From: Stegostoma tigrinum
Lineage: Eukaryota
DNA: 64,000 bases
Reading direction: 5' to 3'
Assembly: GCF_030684315.1 (NCBI RefSeq)
Contig: NC_081387.1
Coordinates: 6,180,497 to 6,244,496, forward strand
Position 1 is the stretch's first letter. Each line of letters opens with the position of its first letter. The notes beneath the pieces were generated by a model, which did no database searches, had not been told where the DNA came from, and saw nothing but the letters and a program-made list of their open reading frames with translations. Positions 62,661-64,000 of this stretch are shown here, in pieces. The position numbers were made by a program, and so were the translations under genes.

Positions 62661-64000
62661 TTTGTAATGTCCAACAAATTTTAAACCTTTTTTTATATCT
62701 ATGGTCCAATTCCATGTTATTATATTCCATTTCATGATATTGTACATTGATCACGAAACACATACAATCCCGCTTGCTGTGTGAACGACAAATGCAGCTG
62801 TATCAGAGATATCTTAATACATACCTTATACAAGATTGTACACTTTAGCTGTTAGCAGCTGACAATGTCCTGCTTTTGTGGGGCTGTTTATGCCATGCTG
62901 AAGTTATTCAAACTGAACAGCAAAAGCCAGAAGAAAGAATATTCAAATCAGACACTGGCATACACCCAGAATACAATTGATTCATTTCAATCTTACTTGG
63001 AGGCTTGATGATCACTGGTGGACATTGTTGATTTGAAGCTAGGTCAGCGTTCAGGGTTCAGTGACCCGAACCTCGGCTCCATTCCAAGATCAAAGTATTG
63101 TCACAATGGGCAGAATTATGGGTTGAGCAGCTCAGTTTACAAGTCAGATTTATTCACCAGTACAGATTGATGTCCTCATGTGTCAGAGATAAGCCTCTGG
63201 CAGATGTTTCACTCGCTCAGACTGCAATCTTGAAATTTAGGTGACAGTGATATAGGTTTATGGAATAATTAAACGGTCACAGCACTTAAGGAGGCTGGCC
63301 ATCTGAGGGGAACTCAACTCGTCATACACTCCTGTCCTTTCTTGGTAATGTTTTCTCTGAAGCCGTATATCCACAGGCCTTTTGAAAGTCACAAAGGAAT
63401 CTGTCTCACACTGCTCTGTTAGCTGAAGTGGAAAGGTATCCTCATATTGTTGTTGGCTATTTTGCCATTAATTAGCCTCATAATAGTGATCATCGATTTA
63501 CAGCCCATCCACCATTGGAGCAGTTTCTTCCTTTCAGTATCTGTCTAGGCATAGCATTATTTCAATCACTGCTATCCAGTTACTTCTCTGTATAGACACT
63601 TCCAAGTAGAACATTCCTGTTTTGTTTTTCAGGTAACATAAGAGAACTCACTCATTGCTAGAAACATTCTCACAAACCTTTCTGTGGCCCCTGTGAAGTT
63701 TTCCTCCAAGAAGAACAAAGGTGGGTGCAACAGGACACAATTCTGTCTTGAAACCAAATCTGCATCTTTATAAAATTCCCTCACAAATTCCTTGTTTATT
63801 TGTTCTGCACTTCAGTTTCTAGTGCACAATAGTGCTCATCTTTTTCTAACACCTTTTCCAGCCCACACAATAACATTCAAATGTTGGTGCACATATATCC
63901 CAGGTTTCCTGTTTACCCTTGCCCTTTCTAGAATTCTGCCTTTGTTTTACTATCGTTTCTCATTCTTAGTACCAAAATATATAACTTCACACTTCTCAGC

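Overview
This is eukaryotic genomic DNA, very likely from a shark (inferred from HE1-type V-SINEs, HER1/CR1-type LINEs and shark-type class I and GPR139-like sequences). The window is part of a cluster of nonclassical MHC class I genes and relics. (A) The TM and cytoplasmic exons plus 3'UTR of a + strand gene lie at 8602-10530. (B) A decayed - strand copy with leader, alpha2 and alpha3 but no alpha1 lies at 12038-16650. (C) An orphan decayed alpha2 exon lies at 19161-19385. (D) A nearly complete - strand gene spans 32277-47139; it has one in-frame TAG in alpha1 and a splice-dead cytoplasmic exon. The alpha2 exons of B and D lack both canonical Cys101/Cys164 residues, and most N-terminal peptide-anchoring residues are replaced in D. 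Head-to-head with gene D is a two-exon GPR139/GPR142-like GPCR (exon 1 49631-49700, exon 2 59649-60575) with one frameshift. The rest is a dense retroelement landscape: CR1 LINEs (chimeric, nested, one young copy), several Penelope-like families whose termini carry minimal hammerhead ribozyme cores, TSD-flanked mini-Penelope inserts, a Gypsy gag/protease relic, a retroviral integrase relic, a Rex1-like fragment, V-SINEs and a 39-bp minisatellite shared by two class I paralogs. A BMP/ADMP-like TGF-beta fragment sits where copy B's alpha1 exon should be. Most ORFs in the supplied track are repeat artefacts. Repeat boundaries are approximate unless TSDs are given.
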